Shown here in pieces: positions 13,249-26,100 of a stretch of DNA of 64,000 bases. This stretch comes from Chiloscyllium plagiosum (taxonomy: Eukaryota). Numbering within the stretch: the stretch's first letter is position 1; each line of letters begins with the position of its first letter. The notes under the pieces were generated by a model. The model saw only the letters and a program-made list of their open reading frames with translations, did not search any database and had not been told where the DNA came from. Both the position numbers and the translations under genes were made by a program. The DNA lies in contig NC_057756.1 in assembly GCF_004010195.1 (NCBI RefSeq), forward strand, positions 4,021,232 to 4,085,231, read 5' to 3'.

Positions 13249-14704
13249 GGAATCATTATACCTGATCATTAATTGTGGCTGCACATAGAAAACTTATGAT
13301 GCTAAAATGTGTCATTTCGTTTCAAGGCCATGAATAGTTTGGACCAGTTTGCTTGAGAACAAAAACATTGTTCTCGGATTTCATTCTGGAGAAATTAATA
13401 TTTCTGATAAAAGATGGTAATTATTCATCACTTGTTTAATATGAATTAACATGTTCCCAATTAGCACTGTACACGTCCTACATAGACTCCATATGTGCTT
13501 GTGTTTAATGTAAAGCTGCACATGGCATCAAGGCTTCAAAATATTTCTTTGTATTAATAATGTATAGATCATGGTACATTGCTGAAATTGCAGTAAATTA
13601 ATTACTGCTCAGAATGTCGGCATTCACTGAAGCCCTCAAGTGATTTTCTGTAATCCTTAGTATTGTTGCATTTCTGTTATCAGAATAACTATAATCATTA
13701 ATGTCTTGTCATAGTGTCGAAGCTATTGTTCAGACAATATCGAAACATAAACAGGTTTGTGTAGCCATTAGAAACCAAAAAGAATCAATCTGATCAATTA
13801 CCAAACCATGCAATAATGAAAAACAAGTGAAGATGTTGTAAAGCGGGAGCAGAAGCAGTAGTTGCTAGAAAACCTCAGCAGGCCTGCCAAGATTTGTGCA
13901 GAGAAAGCAAAATTATTGTTTTATATCCTATGGCACTTTCTCAGAACTGCTTTGTGGAGGAAAGCTCACTGGACATATATCTACTCTAACCTGTATCATC
14001 CGCATAGCGGTGTGTTATATCATTGGTAGTGTTGATATTTTCTGCTGAAAAAAATATCACACTCCGTTAATTATTCAAATCGTGGTTCCGACAGGATCAG
14101 GTAAATTTATATCTCATTGCTGTGTTCTTCCAAACATCGATAGCATGTAGATTTCAGCAGATTATTGTTTTGAACATAGGAAACAATATCGAATTGCAGC
14201 TGACCTTGTTCAATAAATCGCAATGCGAATTGGGGAAAGATTCTCAAATCGTTGGTGATATATTAAAATAAAATCTTGAACGACTTGAAGCACATTCTTT
14301 TTACCAGAATAAATTTCTGCATGCATACTTCAAAATGGGGTCCTCAGATTAACAACCATCAGCTGCATGATCAGTAATATTCGCGTGTTCATTATTCAGC
14401 TAGAACACCCAAGGTTTCAATACTTCTTGGCAACATTTCCAGCTCTTGGAATATTATCACATCTGTGGTTCAATGATCATTTTCTGTTTCTTTCGGCATT
14501 AAAGTAGCTGAACATTACTTTCCCACAACAAGTCCACTATCCCTCCCAGTAACAATCAATATTTACAAATTCTGTGAGATTTAATTGTATACTGCAGTTA
14601 TGTACTGCAGTTCAACCCAAATAAGAAGGGAAAGAAGTAACGTGGAGTTCTGCTGACTTTGGCTCCTTTCCTCAAACTCAGGCTATTTTTCCGTTAGTAT
14701 TCAG

Positions 14705-14828
14705 TTATGTGCAGGCTCAGGGTAAATATAGGGTAAGCATAATGGGTCTGGGTGGGTCACGCTTCGGAAATTGGGTGTCGACATGTTGGGGCAAATGACG
14801 TTTCCAAGCTGCAGGGATTCCAATTCTA
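14705..14828 (+). mobile_element. HE1-type SINE 3' fragment
   Basis: GGGTAAATATAGGGTA...AATGGGTCTGGGTGGGTCACGCTTCGG...GACATGTTGGGGCAAATG...TTTCCAAGCTGCAGG matches the reverse complement of the 37802-38107 SINE tail. Confidence 0.7.
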
Positions 14829-14849
14829 AAAAATGTTGCAGTTGCACTT

Positions 14850-15960
14850 GCCTCCCCTGCTGTTTTCTGTCGCTTCATTCCATGCACATATCGCAATCTG
14901 CCTGAAAAAAGTTGGCATATAGATCCATTTTAAATCTTTCCCCTCTCATCCTAAGCATATGCTCTCTACCTTTGGCTTCGTTATTCACCCTGCCCACACT
15001 TCTCATAATTTTATGAACTTTTATAAGTCATTCCTGAGCCTACAACTCTCCAGGAAAATAGCCCGAGCTTATTCAGCCTCTCCCTGTGTCACAAACTTCT
15101 CTAAGTGACTCCTGAGCCTCCGACTCTGCAGGGAAAATAGCCCAAGCCTGTTCAGTCTATCCTATGGTAACGTCCTGACAAATCTTTTCTGAATCATTTC
15201 AAGTTTCACAATATCGTCCCTGAAACAAGGGGATCAGAATTCAATGCAATATTTCACAAATGGTCTAAACAATGCCCTGTTACAGCCGAAAAATGATATC
15301 TCAATTTCTACACTCAATGCACTGGGAAATAAAGGCATGCGTACAAAGCACCTTCTTTGATACCCTGTCTACCTGCGACTCCACTTTAATGAACTATGAA
15401 CTTGCATACCAAGTTATTTTTGTTTATTGACACTCCATTATAATGACAATACCATGTTTCCTAAACTGAACTAATCCTGTTTGTCTATGTTCAGGCCATA
15501 ACAATTTACACCTTTCGTATCCATGTACCTGTCGAAAAGTCTATCAGATATTATAATATTACTCGCTGCTGTCACTTCCTCTGGCAGTTAATGTAAGTAT
15601 CACCCTGTGTGAAAATGGTACCCTCAGGTCTCTTTTAAAAACTACCCCATTCAACTTAAAACCCTTGTATCCTAATTTTGGACGACCTGAGTCTGAGGAT
15701 AAGACCTTGACTATTCACCTTATCTAACCCCCTCAACGTTCTTCTAAATATCTATTAACTCAACCTCAGCCACCCACTCTCAAGGGCTTATCTGGCTCAC
15801 CTTATCACTTGAACGGTTCAGTGTCAGTAAAATAATCGTCAATCGTTTCTCGACATTTACAGTTCACTGACATACATAACAGGTCGATCACAATCACATG
15901 GAGCAAACCATTTGCGTCCTGCCCAATGTCTAATCACCACCAATGCTTGCACAACCTCCA
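14850..15960 (-). mobile_element. Stacked decayed CR1 3' fragments
   Basis: Reverse-strand CR1 C-terminal and 3'UTR phrases (ATTTTATGAACTTTTATAAG..., CCCTGTCTACCTGCGACTCCACTTT, CACCCTGTGTGAAAA, CTATTCACCTTATCTA). Confidence 0.65.
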
Positions 15961-15984
15961 TAACTATCTTCTCAGAACCGGGAT

Positions 15985-17050
15985 ATAGGTGTAGTCCGTA
16001 AATGTAGTCATGTTCAGACATTTCAGCTTCCCCAGCATCTTCTCCTTCATGATGGCCACTGCACTCAGCTGGGACCCCTGATCTCTTGAATCTTTGGGAT
16101 GCTACTCGTGTCCTTCGCTATGAAGGTGAAGCATAATATCGATTGTGTTACTCTGCTGTTTCTTTCTTTCTCATTCCTACTTCTCCAGAATAATTTTCCA
16201 GTGGACCAATGTGCATTCGTGCCTCTCTTTTATCTTTTGCATATGCATTTTACTTTATCTTATGTCTACCTCTCGTTCTCTCATCTTCATCTTTCTACCC
16301 TTGTTGCTTTAATCGCTGTACTCTGCTTATTTTTAGAGACTTAACAAAACATTTAAAGACAAATCTTCACCACACTGTAATTTGTTTTTCCTTTTCTTTT
16401 ATGCTGTCCCTCACTTCCCTTTTTAGCCACATTAGCCTTAGCCTCATATTAATGTCTTTCTTCATTCTTCAGTGCATCTCCAACTCCCAGGCTAAACTTC
16501 TGCCATTGCTGCTCCACCATCTTCCCTTCTAGGCAACAATTATAATTCACTCCTGCAAACTTATAAGTATGCTCCATTTACTCAATTGCAGTACTTTACA
16601 TTTGAGTCCAGGTTCTCCCTGTCAAATTTTGGGGTGAGTTCTGTCATGTTATGATCACAGTCCTCTGGACGTCACTTCAATGTAAACTCCCTAATCAAGT
16701 CTGCCTCACTACACGTCTCAAAAAACAGAACTCTCTGTTTCCTGGTGGATTCCAACACAAACTGCTCCAAAAAGAAATATCATGTAGTCATTTCACAAAT
16801 GTTTTGTTAAAATTGTTACGAACTCGACATTCATACAACACTTGTGAACACAATGTAGCATGATTATTGTGATAGCCTTTTTCGTAAATGCATTTTCTAT
16901 GCCCGGATTTAATTTCTTCCTCACATGCAGGTAACTACAAGGCGGCTTGTACATAATTGTCATTAGGTGTTTTGTTTTCCTTTCCGGTTCTTCAGAATTA
17001 CACATAATCACTCGACAGTATATGACTCTACAAGACTTCTTGCTATCGAG
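15985..17050 (-). mobile_element. Decayed CR1 ORF2 endonuclease/linker fragment
   Basis: Reverse frame gives ...LGIMYKPPCS-like endonuclease residues and the typical MTELTP/EENLDSNVKVLQLSK region. Confidence 0.55.
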
Positions 17051-17471
17051 TTAACATAACTTCTTAATAACGAGGTAGCTCTGTCCCCCTGCACACTTAT
17101 CTTTCCGTTTGGTATTTTCAGTCCATTCAAGCAGAGATACTGCTTTCATTTCGAGTCACATTTCCTGTTTTTCTGCGTGACAAGCTCGTGTTCAGAAAAG
17201 CATTTTTACCTTCTTCTGTGGAAACACAATTTTGGCAGTCACGAACCAAATGTCTTGACAAAGCATAGATTTTAGGGCATCAAAAGCTGTCTCTTCAGAG
17301 CTCACACATCCTGAAATAATTCTTTAATTCGATTTTCAGTTGTTTTCTTTTCTGAAATAAACTATCAGTACAAGCCATTACTCAAAGACGAGACCCTTCT
17401 GTAAAGTCTGTTCCAATATTATGTTGTCGAACTGATTCATCAATCAATTAAGGATGTTTCCAATTGTATAG

Positions 17472-17525
17472 CCAAAATGCTTGAGGGATGTGTTAGCATG
17501 TCACAGATGTTAACTGGGATTCAAG
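17472..17525 (+). CDS. Candidate 54-nt exon, phase 1-1, (A)KMLEGCVSMSQMLTGIQ
   Basis: gtttccaattgtatAG|CC...GGGATTCAAG|GTATGT; open in the phase-1 frame. The acceptor choice is uncertain: the nearer AGs give 19 or 29 nt. Confidence 0.4.
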
Positions 17526-17892
17526 GTATGTAGTTGATTGTGGTATCGTGCATACTGAATCACGTGTAATCTTACGAAACAGTTTGTTACAGATATTAAT
17601 GTAGCAGAATACAGTTCAACAAATTAGAGAAAGCTTGACATTATCAAATTAATCATAGCATTTTTTCGTAGGATGAAGCGTCATCCCTCCTGACATTTTG
17701 TCATTAAGCAAGATAATGCGCAATAATTGTGGTTGCTCCGTACGAGGCAGTAGGACTGCAGTCTGTTCATTTTCCAATGATTTTCAAATGATCAAACCTC
17801 ATTTTTTTCAAAATTACAAATTATGTCCGTTTATTAATTTTTGCACAAATGAAGCAGGCCCAAACTTTTCAGAACACATTGTTTTTATTCAG

Positions 17893-17928
17893 ATATTGAC
17901 AAGATGAGAAAGGATCTCAAAATTGCAG
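17893..17928 (+). CDS. Candidate 36-nt micro-exon, phase 1-1, (D)IDKMRKDLKIA
   Basis: ttgtttttattcAG|ATATTGACAAGATGAGAAAGGATCTCAAAATTGCAG|GTGAGG. Confidence 0.7.
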
Positions 17929-18570
17929 GTGAGGATGAATGCAAATCTATTTCCCGATGTCATAGTGGTCTTCCAGATATTTGGATAATGAATCAGCTGC
18001 ATTGGGATTGAAGGGCACAGACAGTAAACCGGACATCAATATTTAGATGTTGCACAGGAGGCTTTCTTCTATTAAATTTATCATACCCAGTGTATCTAAT
18101 GTCTTTTTCAATATAAAAATAAAATCACAACCACATATTTTTGACAATCAGGGGCTGGTTCTCGCAACAATTTATGGTTTATTCCCAAGTGCGTATCCTT
18201 TGAGTTAAGCATGAATAGGGGTGATTAAACATCTGTGATCATGAAGAGGACTGCATCACATTAGTTAAAAAAGCTACAATCTACCAACAGAAAATTAATC
18301 TGCCAAAAAATAACTATAATGGGAGATGGGAATTACTGGTGGAAAAGTTTATTGGTGAAGTTAGCTGGGTAGCTCATTCACAATGCAAATTCATGATAAC
18401 AGCTCACAGTTTATTCCTATAGCTGCTGAGGGTATTACAAAGAAGCTTCATTCTCAACTCCACCCATCAACTGATGTCCATTCTCTGCAAGGTCTGTCCC
18501 AAATAATACACTCGGAACATTATTTCTTTATTTTTTAACCCACCTCTGTGCAAAATATCGCTTTTTGCAG

Positions 18571-18597
18571 AAGAAAGGCTGCAGAACTGCAAAAAAG
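18571..18597 (+). CDS. Candidate 27-nt micro-exon, phase 1-1, (E)ERLQNCKK
   Basis: cgctttttgcAG|AAGAAAGGCTGCAGAACTGCAAAAAAG|GTAAAA; same ExxLxxCxK pattern as 810-836. Confidence 0.65.
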
Positions 18598-20149
18598 GTA
18601 AAAAATAAAAACAAATCTATTATACATAACTAAATTTGGAATGAAACTCATTGATAAATTAATATTTTTGAAGAACCTCATATGTGCATTTTATATCGAC
18701 AATTGTTGTCCATACATTTTAATCTCGAATGAACTGCGTTTATTGGTTTTCTTTTGGAGTTTGTACTGTTTTCAAATTTTTGGATTTCAAATTTGAATTA
18801 GTACTGTTTTAAGATTTCCACACGCTCCCTTGGACCATTATAATTTATGCTTTCAACAATAACAGCAACAAATTGCCTCGTGAACATACGAAATTTTCAT
18901 TGTAGCAAATGAAAAAAAAGCAAACTGCTTTATGCTGTGTGAAATTAAGCAAAAGGAATCAATGGTCTCGTGAATAATAAAATATCCAGAACTTTATTTT
19001 TATTATATGCTATTTCTGAACAGATATTTATTACTCTTCGACAGTAAAGGAAACTCTATACATACGAAAAGGGATACAAATGTTTGTAGATCGAATATAT
19101 GACACAAGTTCATCACTGATGATCCAAGCAAACAGCAAATTCAAGCACAAAAAATACCATCGAAACCTTGCAAATTCTTAGCAATAAATATCCATCAATC
19201 ATAGTTTTTAGTTTTATTTCAAGATGAGATTTGTTTATTATCAGATCTTACCTGCAAGAAGATATTCTGTGTTTTTTTTAATTATTCCATAACCAGTCTC
19301 CCACAATATTTGTTTCTGCTTTCTCTTTTAAAAAACTTGCTCTCTCAGTTCTACACAGTTCAAATTGTATCGAGACATTCCACCTAGCTTTATTAATTGT
19401 GCAGCCAGATGTCGCAAAGAGCAATTTATTTCCAACTTCAGCTTTGAATTCCAGCACAATGAGACAGAGATTGTGAACTGTCCCCCCATGATGTCTTGTA
19501 AATTCTGAAATGCATGTTTTTTTCAAAAATTATTAATAATTTTCCATTATTGACAAAAATCAATATTGTTGCAAGATCGATGTTTTGTGCCCTGCAAGAG
19601 TCAGAATAAAATTGTATTCCCATTTCTGGTAAAGATGATCATCATGTCACAATATATGTTTTCAAATTGCTCAACGCAAAATATGCTTCATAATTAAGAA
19701 CATGTAGGCAACAACTATAGTAGATTGCGATGGTGAAATAAATGTTGTTTCACAGAGGGGCATTAAATTTAAATATATAATGCAGACCTCCGTATGTAAA
19801 CAGCTGGTGCAGTATATGCAGTATGTAATTGGATATTGTCTTTTACTTGTGAGCATATGAACTATGGTTGTAGGGAGACCATTTAGACATGACGTTAGGA
19901 TTCGACTTTGTTTTTCGTTATTTCACAACCCCTCTTCTTTTATCATCATCTCTCTGTCTTGAAAGCCATCTTCTCTGAATTACTGAGCTGCCAGTCTTGC
20001 TGTTCTGACAACCAGGTTTCAATTCCTGCAACGGAATGATATTCGCAATTTTAAACTGTTGTCCTTAATACATTTAAATTGCACGTCAGACTTGTTTTAT
20101 TAAATGAAGTAGTTTTCAATTTTACCAAATGCATATTTGCCTTAAACAT

Positions 20150-21060
20150 TCATAAATAGCAGAGGGAAAGATAGATGTGATTATTGAATGTCAGCCATTA
20201 GAGCTCGTGAACATCTTTACAGGCGTTCTTCAGGTAAAAGGACTTGTGCCAATAACATTTAGCTGCTTCATCAATGAGCTTCCGTCCATCATAATGTTAG
20301 AAGACAGATATTAGTTGATCATTGCACCGTGCTCATCACCTTTCCAACTTATTGAATTGGCTGAAGCTATCCACGTTCAAATGCGAAAGTACTAGAAAAA
20401 TATCCAGGATTGTGAGAACAAGACAGAAATTTGCCTTCACGCATGCAATCACAACCTCTAATTAAACGCAAATTACCCACCACACCGTGTCACTCAAGAG
20501 GGTTGCCAGCCCTGTATTTCTCACTGCCATATTCTAATCATTACTATTCATTAGAAACTAACTGGACATACTCTATTAATGCACTAGCGAGAAAGAAATT
20601 CAAATGATTGGAATAATGCAGGGGTTCCTGACTTCCTGACTCACAAAGCCTGTCGACTGTTTTAAATAAACAAGTCAGGAGTATTATGGATTACTGCCAA
20701 ATTGCCTGGAAGGCTGCAGCTCCAACGACATTCAAGAACCTTGAAATAGTTGTTACAAATTAACATCCATTGATTAGAATTAAATACACAAGCATCGACT
20801 CTACCAGTGACGCTCATTTATATTCTGTTTTCAGATTACAAGACATAACGCAGATATTTGACCAACATGCTTGCAAAACCACGACTGAACCACTTCCGAA
20901 TTCACAAAGTGCAGCAGAGACATGAAAACAGCACAATCAAGACCATCACCATTCTGAATTGCTAAAAAATTCATTCTTCTTGTATGTTGCAAGGAGTATA
21001 TCCTGAAATATTCTCCCTGAGACTGTTGTGAATTTTGAAAGCAAAAATGACCCAATGCTT
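20150..21060 (+). mobile_element. Old LINE RT/3' fragment (CR1/L2 group)
   Basis: 20222 onward reads GVLQVKGLVPITFSCFINELP, a decayed GVPQGSVLGPxxFxxFINDLP RT motif. Confidence 0.65.
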
Positions 21061-21560
21061 CTCGTTGCCTCCCATTTTAACACACTATCATATTCCTGGC
21101 GAACATCTCTCTACCTCGGCTTTGCTGCAATGCTGATTACAAGCTGGCTAAGAACACTTCATTTTCCATTTGGTCATCAGGCAACCTTCTGAACTCACGA
21201 TTTTTTTAGGAATTTGAGTGTTGATGATCTTCTACCTAATCCTCGCACACCAGACTTTGCCATCACATATGCTGTTAAAACAAATAATTCTTTGTCAGCT
21301 TACTGATGGTCCCCATGAAATGTTTCTCATTCTTTCAGATTGACCTGGATCCACTGTTTTGCCTGAGTAACCTTCGGACTCATTTTTGAGCACCATCTCA
21401 ACTCTTGGTTACTCCTTTCACCTGCCCCACACTTTCCTCAGCATATCTATCATTACTGCTAATTAAAAGCAATTCAGATGAAATGGAAATCTCAATTCCG
21501 TTTACTCACCAGGGATATTGTCAGATCTACTTGCTTTTTCCAGCGGTTTTTAGATTGTTT
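21060..21560 (+). mobile_element. Highly decayed Penelope-like 3' fragments
   Basis: GAACACTTCATTTTCCATTTGG resembles GAACAACTCATCTTCTGCC at 25372. Confidence 0.4.
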
Positions 21561-21679
21561 CTCAGTTATTTGGTGAGTGTATAAAAGAGTAAATAAAACA
21601 CAGCTAAAGAAGAGCGCCCATTAAACACCATAGTCATAAATGCTGCGTGGAGCCAGAGGACGCACATAGGTTTATAATT

Positions 21680-22420
21680 GAATTAATCTGCACTTGGTGA
21701 GGCAAGGATTAATCAAGATTAGTCAACTTTTTTTTTATGAAGTTGTGCTCATGTCTGACTGGCGTGACTGAAAAAATTGAAGTAGTGGACAGATTTGTAA
21801 ATGAGTGGAATTGCACTCACTGAATCTTCCTGGAGTTCAGAAAGGGATTTGGTAAAGTTTAACACAGGTTATGGATAGCGAAGGTAAACACCAATGCGAT
21901 CCAATGAAATTTGACTAAACGGATCGGAATTGGCTGAGTGACAGAAAGCAGTCCTTGATGATTGTGTTATCTTTATGAGACTGAAAGCGTCCGTCAAATT
22001 GTGTTCTACAGTAATCAGCGTTGACAATTTTGCTGTTTGAAGTATTTATCTGGAAAACTGTTCTGCAAATTTATGGATAATGTGAAACTTTGTGGCACTG
22101 CAAATGCAAGGGAACCTCAATTATCTGGCATTCGATTAACCTATTTTCAGATTATCCAAACAAGACCAAACGTTCTGAAGGCTTGGGAAACTATATTATC
22201 CAGCAGTCGATTATCTGGTATTCGATTAACCAAACGAAATACTCCCACCTATGTCGTTCGTAAGATTGAGTTTCCTCTATTATCTTCATATTACAGAGAG
22301 GTAAAGACGGATGCACCGAGCGAGATAACCACTGAAAAATGGAAGTCACCTGAAAGAAGTAGGAATTCATGCATTTGGGCGGGGCGAACAAGGCAACGAA
22401 TGCATGAAAAGTAAATTTTT
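21680..22420 (+). mobile_element. Decayed CR1 RT fragment interrupted by a MITE
   Basis: GAGTTCAGAAAGGGATTTGGTAAAGTT (a DFxKAFDKV remnant) and KFMDNVKLCG; resumes after 22280 with an ...MHLG remnant. Confidence 0.65.
22107..22279. mobile_element. Short non-autonomous DNA transposon (pogo/Tigger-like MITE)
   Basis: Imperfect terminal inverted repeats CAAGGGAACCTCAAT... / ...ATTGAGTTTCCTCTA. Internal direct repeat ATTATCTGG(C/T)ATTCGATTAACC at 22120 and 22210. Confidence 0.6.
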
Positions 22421-22719
22421 AAAACAGGACTTCCTGAAGAATATCAGCGAAACCAGAGTACCTGTGGAGAGAAGACACAGATAAAGATTATGTCACTTGG
22501 CTGCTCTTCAGAGCTGGAACCTATTAGGAAAACATAGAATGCCTGCTGAAGAGAGAGATTCAGAGTATGGTGTAAAGTAATAATCGGATATTTGGAGTCA
22601 GAGCCTCGAGGAGAAAGGCAGGTATGTAGGCAAAGGCATAAAATAAATGATACTGGTAAGCCAGGGAAAATAAAAACGTTCAATGGTAGGTGAAAATGAA
22701 TTTAATGCCCTGAAAGCAG

Positions 22720-25700
22720 CCGATGTGATCACATGCCTCTCGATGAAACCCACTGATACCACATGGACAGCAGACGACATGCAGACCAATACAATATGAA
22801 TCTGAACGTGATAACCAGTATAGACCACAAATTCAGCCACATCCGCAACCAACATCATCACCTACGCTACGCTTTCCACAACGTCCGCCACAACTGCCGC
22901 TGTTGCAAGCACGTCTGCCCCACTGATGCCATCACCTGTCACCACCGACACCCCGCAGATCCTTCAGTCACCACCTCTGTCACGCGGACGCCCGTGGTGA
23001 GCGTCTAGTCCATAAATGACGTCACCCCTTGTCCATCTACTATAACACACACTCCAGTTACAGTCTCCAGCTTCACTCCCAGCTCCAGCCATACACACAG
23101 TCCTAGCTCCCAGCCCAGCCGAGTTTATCCCATCGCCCCAGACTCACTTCACTGAGGAGGAACGATCAGTCATCAGCAAAGACCTGCCCTTAATCCCTCG
23201 CTGATCCCAGATTAATGCAATTAAATATGCATTGTGACATCGATTAATTCTTCCGTGCCTCTACCTCCAAGCTTATGTTTCCCATCAAGAATCCCGTCCA
23301 CATTCCAAGGATGTCTTCGCTCACCTCCAATACACTCCATCAACCTGGACACCCCATGCTGTACTGTCACCCGCCCTTGACCTTCTTACTTCCAACTGGC
23401 TGTGGGACATTAAGTGCCTCAACCTGTCCACCCCCTCGCCAACTCCATCTTCTCATCCTTACAACATGGAGCTCTCCACTTCCCCGCTCCAACCCTAAGC
23501 TCGTCATCAAACAAGCAGTGATAGTTTGGCGCATTGAACTCGACACTTTTGATGCCATGTGCCAACTTAAAGAAACTTCCTGCTACCACCACCTCGCCAA
23601 CTCCATCTTCTCATCCTTACAACATGGAGCTCTCCACTTCCCCGCTCCAACCCTAAGCTCGTCATCAAACAAGCAGTGATAGTTTGGCGCGTTGAACTCG
23701 ACACTTTTGATGCCATGTTCCAACTTAAAGAAACTTCCTGCTACCACCACCTCGGTCAGAACTTCACCTCCCATTACCAAACTATCATCCCTCAGACCGT
23801 ACACAACCTCATCACCTCAGTGGATCTCCCACCCACATGTTCCAACCACATTGCTCAGGAACCCTGGATCATCCAGTTCTACCTCCTACCCATGATCCAC
23901 AAGCCTGACTACACCGATCCACCCATTATCTCAGCCTGCTACTGCTCAACCGAATTTATCTCCACATACCAAGATCAAGTATAATCACCCAGATACACGA
24001 ATTCCCTACAGAATTTCGGGATACCACCTACACCCTCCCCCTCCGCCAAGACTTTTATTTCCCTGGCCCGTGATCGCTCATCTTCACCATGGACACGCAG
24101 TCCCTATACACAACTAGCCGCCATGACCCGGACCTCCAAGCCTTCCGTTTCTTCCTCTGCAGAGGTCACCACCATTAACCTTCCACGGAAACTATTTTGT
24201 TACGCTGAAGTGGTTTTCACACTCAATAATTTCTCCTTCATATCCTCCCACTTCCTTCAGACAAGATGAGTCGCTATTGCCATCCGCATGTGCCCCAGCT
24301 ATGCCTGTCTCTTTGTCAGCTATGAGGAACAGTCTATCTTCTGCAGGTACACTGGGAACACTCCCAACCTTTTCCTTCGTTACATTAATGACTGCATCGG
24401 CGCCACCTCGTGCTCACACGAGGGGGTTGAACAGTTAATCAAATTTACCATCACATTCCACCTGAACCTTAAATTCACCTGGAACATCTCAGACACCTCC
24501 CTCTCCCTCCTTAAACTGTCCATCTCCATCAACATTCACCGACTCAACACTGATATTTTCTGCAAACCTACCGACTCGCACAGCAACCTGGGTTACACCA
24601 ACTCCCACCCTACCATCTGTAAAAATGATATATCTTATTCCCAATTCCTATACATCTGACACTTGTGTTCCAAGGAGGACCAGTTCCACCAGAAAACACA
24701 TGCCTTGGTCTCTTTCTTTAAAGACTGTATTTTTTCCCTCCCACGTGTTTGATGATAGCCTCCAGCACATCTCATCCGTCCCGCACCTCTACCGTTGAAA
24801 ACCACCCCTCCAACCTCCACAGAGTCAGAACTCCCCGGTCCTCACATTGCAGCCCACCAACCTCCGTAGACATTGCATCATCCTTCGACATTTCTGCCAC
24901 CAACAAACGAACCCCACAACCAGAGATATATTTCCCTCCCCACTACATCCACTTTCCATAGAGACCGTTCCTTCCATGATTACCTCGTCAGGTCTACACA
25001 CTTCCCAACAAACCACCTAAACCTCACTGTTCCTTCCACTGCCACCGGAGGAAATGCAAAACTTGCGCCCACATCTCCCCCTCACCTCCATCCAAGGCAT
25101 TAAAGGAACCTTCCAAATCCATCAAAGTTTCACCTGCACTTTCACACATTTCATTTATTGTATCCATTATTCCCGATGCAGTCTTCTCTACATTGGGAAT
25201 AAAGGGCACCTAATCGCAGTATGCTTCAGAGAACATCTCTGTGACACCCGTTCCAACCAACCCCACTGCCCCGTGGCTGAACACTTCAACTTCCCCTCCC
25301 ATTCGACCGAGGACATGCAGGTCCTGAGCTTCCTCCATCGCCACTCCCTCTCCACCTGACGCCTTGAGGAAGAACAACTCATCTTCTGCCAGGGACCTTC
25401 CAAACCCATGGCATCAATGTGGATTTCACAAGTTTCCTCATGTTCCCTCCTGCCACGTTATCCCAGTTCTAAACTTACAGCTGAGCTCCACTCTCATGAT
25501 CTGTCGTACCTGGTTATCGACCTTCCCAGCTATTCTCTCCACCCTCCCCATCGACCTATCACCATTAACCGCACTTCCATCCATCGATTTCACTCACAGC
25601 TAGCTTGGCCTCAATCCCAGGCCCAGCCCCTCAAATTTATCTCTCTACCCCCGAGGTTCACTCGTTCCGTATGAAAGGCTTTTGACCGAAACGTCGATTT

Positions 25701-25790
25701 TCCTGCTCATCTGATGCAGCCTGACCTGCTGCACTTTTCCAGCACCACACTCTCGACTCAATTCTCCAGCATCTGCAGTCCTCACTTTCG
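22720..25790 (+). mobile_element. Penelope-like retroelement (Neptune-type), decayed: RT, Cys linker, GIY-YIG endonuclease, terminal hammerhead remnant
   Basis: FYLLPMIHKPD, MCPSYACLFV, FLRYINDCIG (RT), CHRRKCKTCAH linker, HFIYCIHYSRCSLLYIG...FREHL (GIY-YIG). ...GACCGAAACGTCGAT hammerhead remnant at ~25670-25700. Confidence 0.88.
23434..23754. repeat. Tandem duplication, 158-bp unit x2
   Basis: 23434-23591 is repeated at 23592-23749 with 2 substitutions seen; CCTCG occurs at all three junctions. Confidence 0.95.
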
Positions 25791-26100
25791 ATACTTGATA
25801 ACAGAACCTGGTTTGGTAAGGGTAAAGGACATGGATAGGTATTCAGTGCTCAATAATACTGAACTACACATTGAACCCTGAAAGTTACAGGGCCGCCATT
25901 GGAAGACAAAATACTGTTCTTCCAGCTTGAGTTGCGCCTCAATAGAACCCTGAATCAGACACAAAGAAGAAATATTTACTGGGAAATACGGTGATGTGTA
26001 GAAGTTGCTGGCAACTGGCATCTCAGCGTATTTCTGAAAAGTGCATAGCTGTTCCACAAAAAGTTTGCAAAATCGGTATTTCTCTCTACAATGTAGACAT
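25790..26100 (-). mobile_element. Decayed Penelope-like 3' fragment in inverted orientation
   Basis: Reverse frame EAQLKLEEQYFVFQW resembles PLE C-terminal LEEQHLIF motifs. Confidence 0.5.

Noticed and set aside
13734..13754. 21-nt exon candidate ending CAG|GTTTGT
   Set aside because: In-frame TAA in the phase-1 frame.
14095..14100. 6-nt AG|GATCAG|GTAAAT micro-exon candidate
   Set aside because: Poor pyrimidine tract and too short to distinguish from chance.
21544..21572. Consensus donor G|GTGAGT with nearby acceptors
   Set aside because: Possible exons are 7, 19 or 29 nt (not 3n) and lie at the end of a repeat. It is a counter-example showing that such sites arise by chance.
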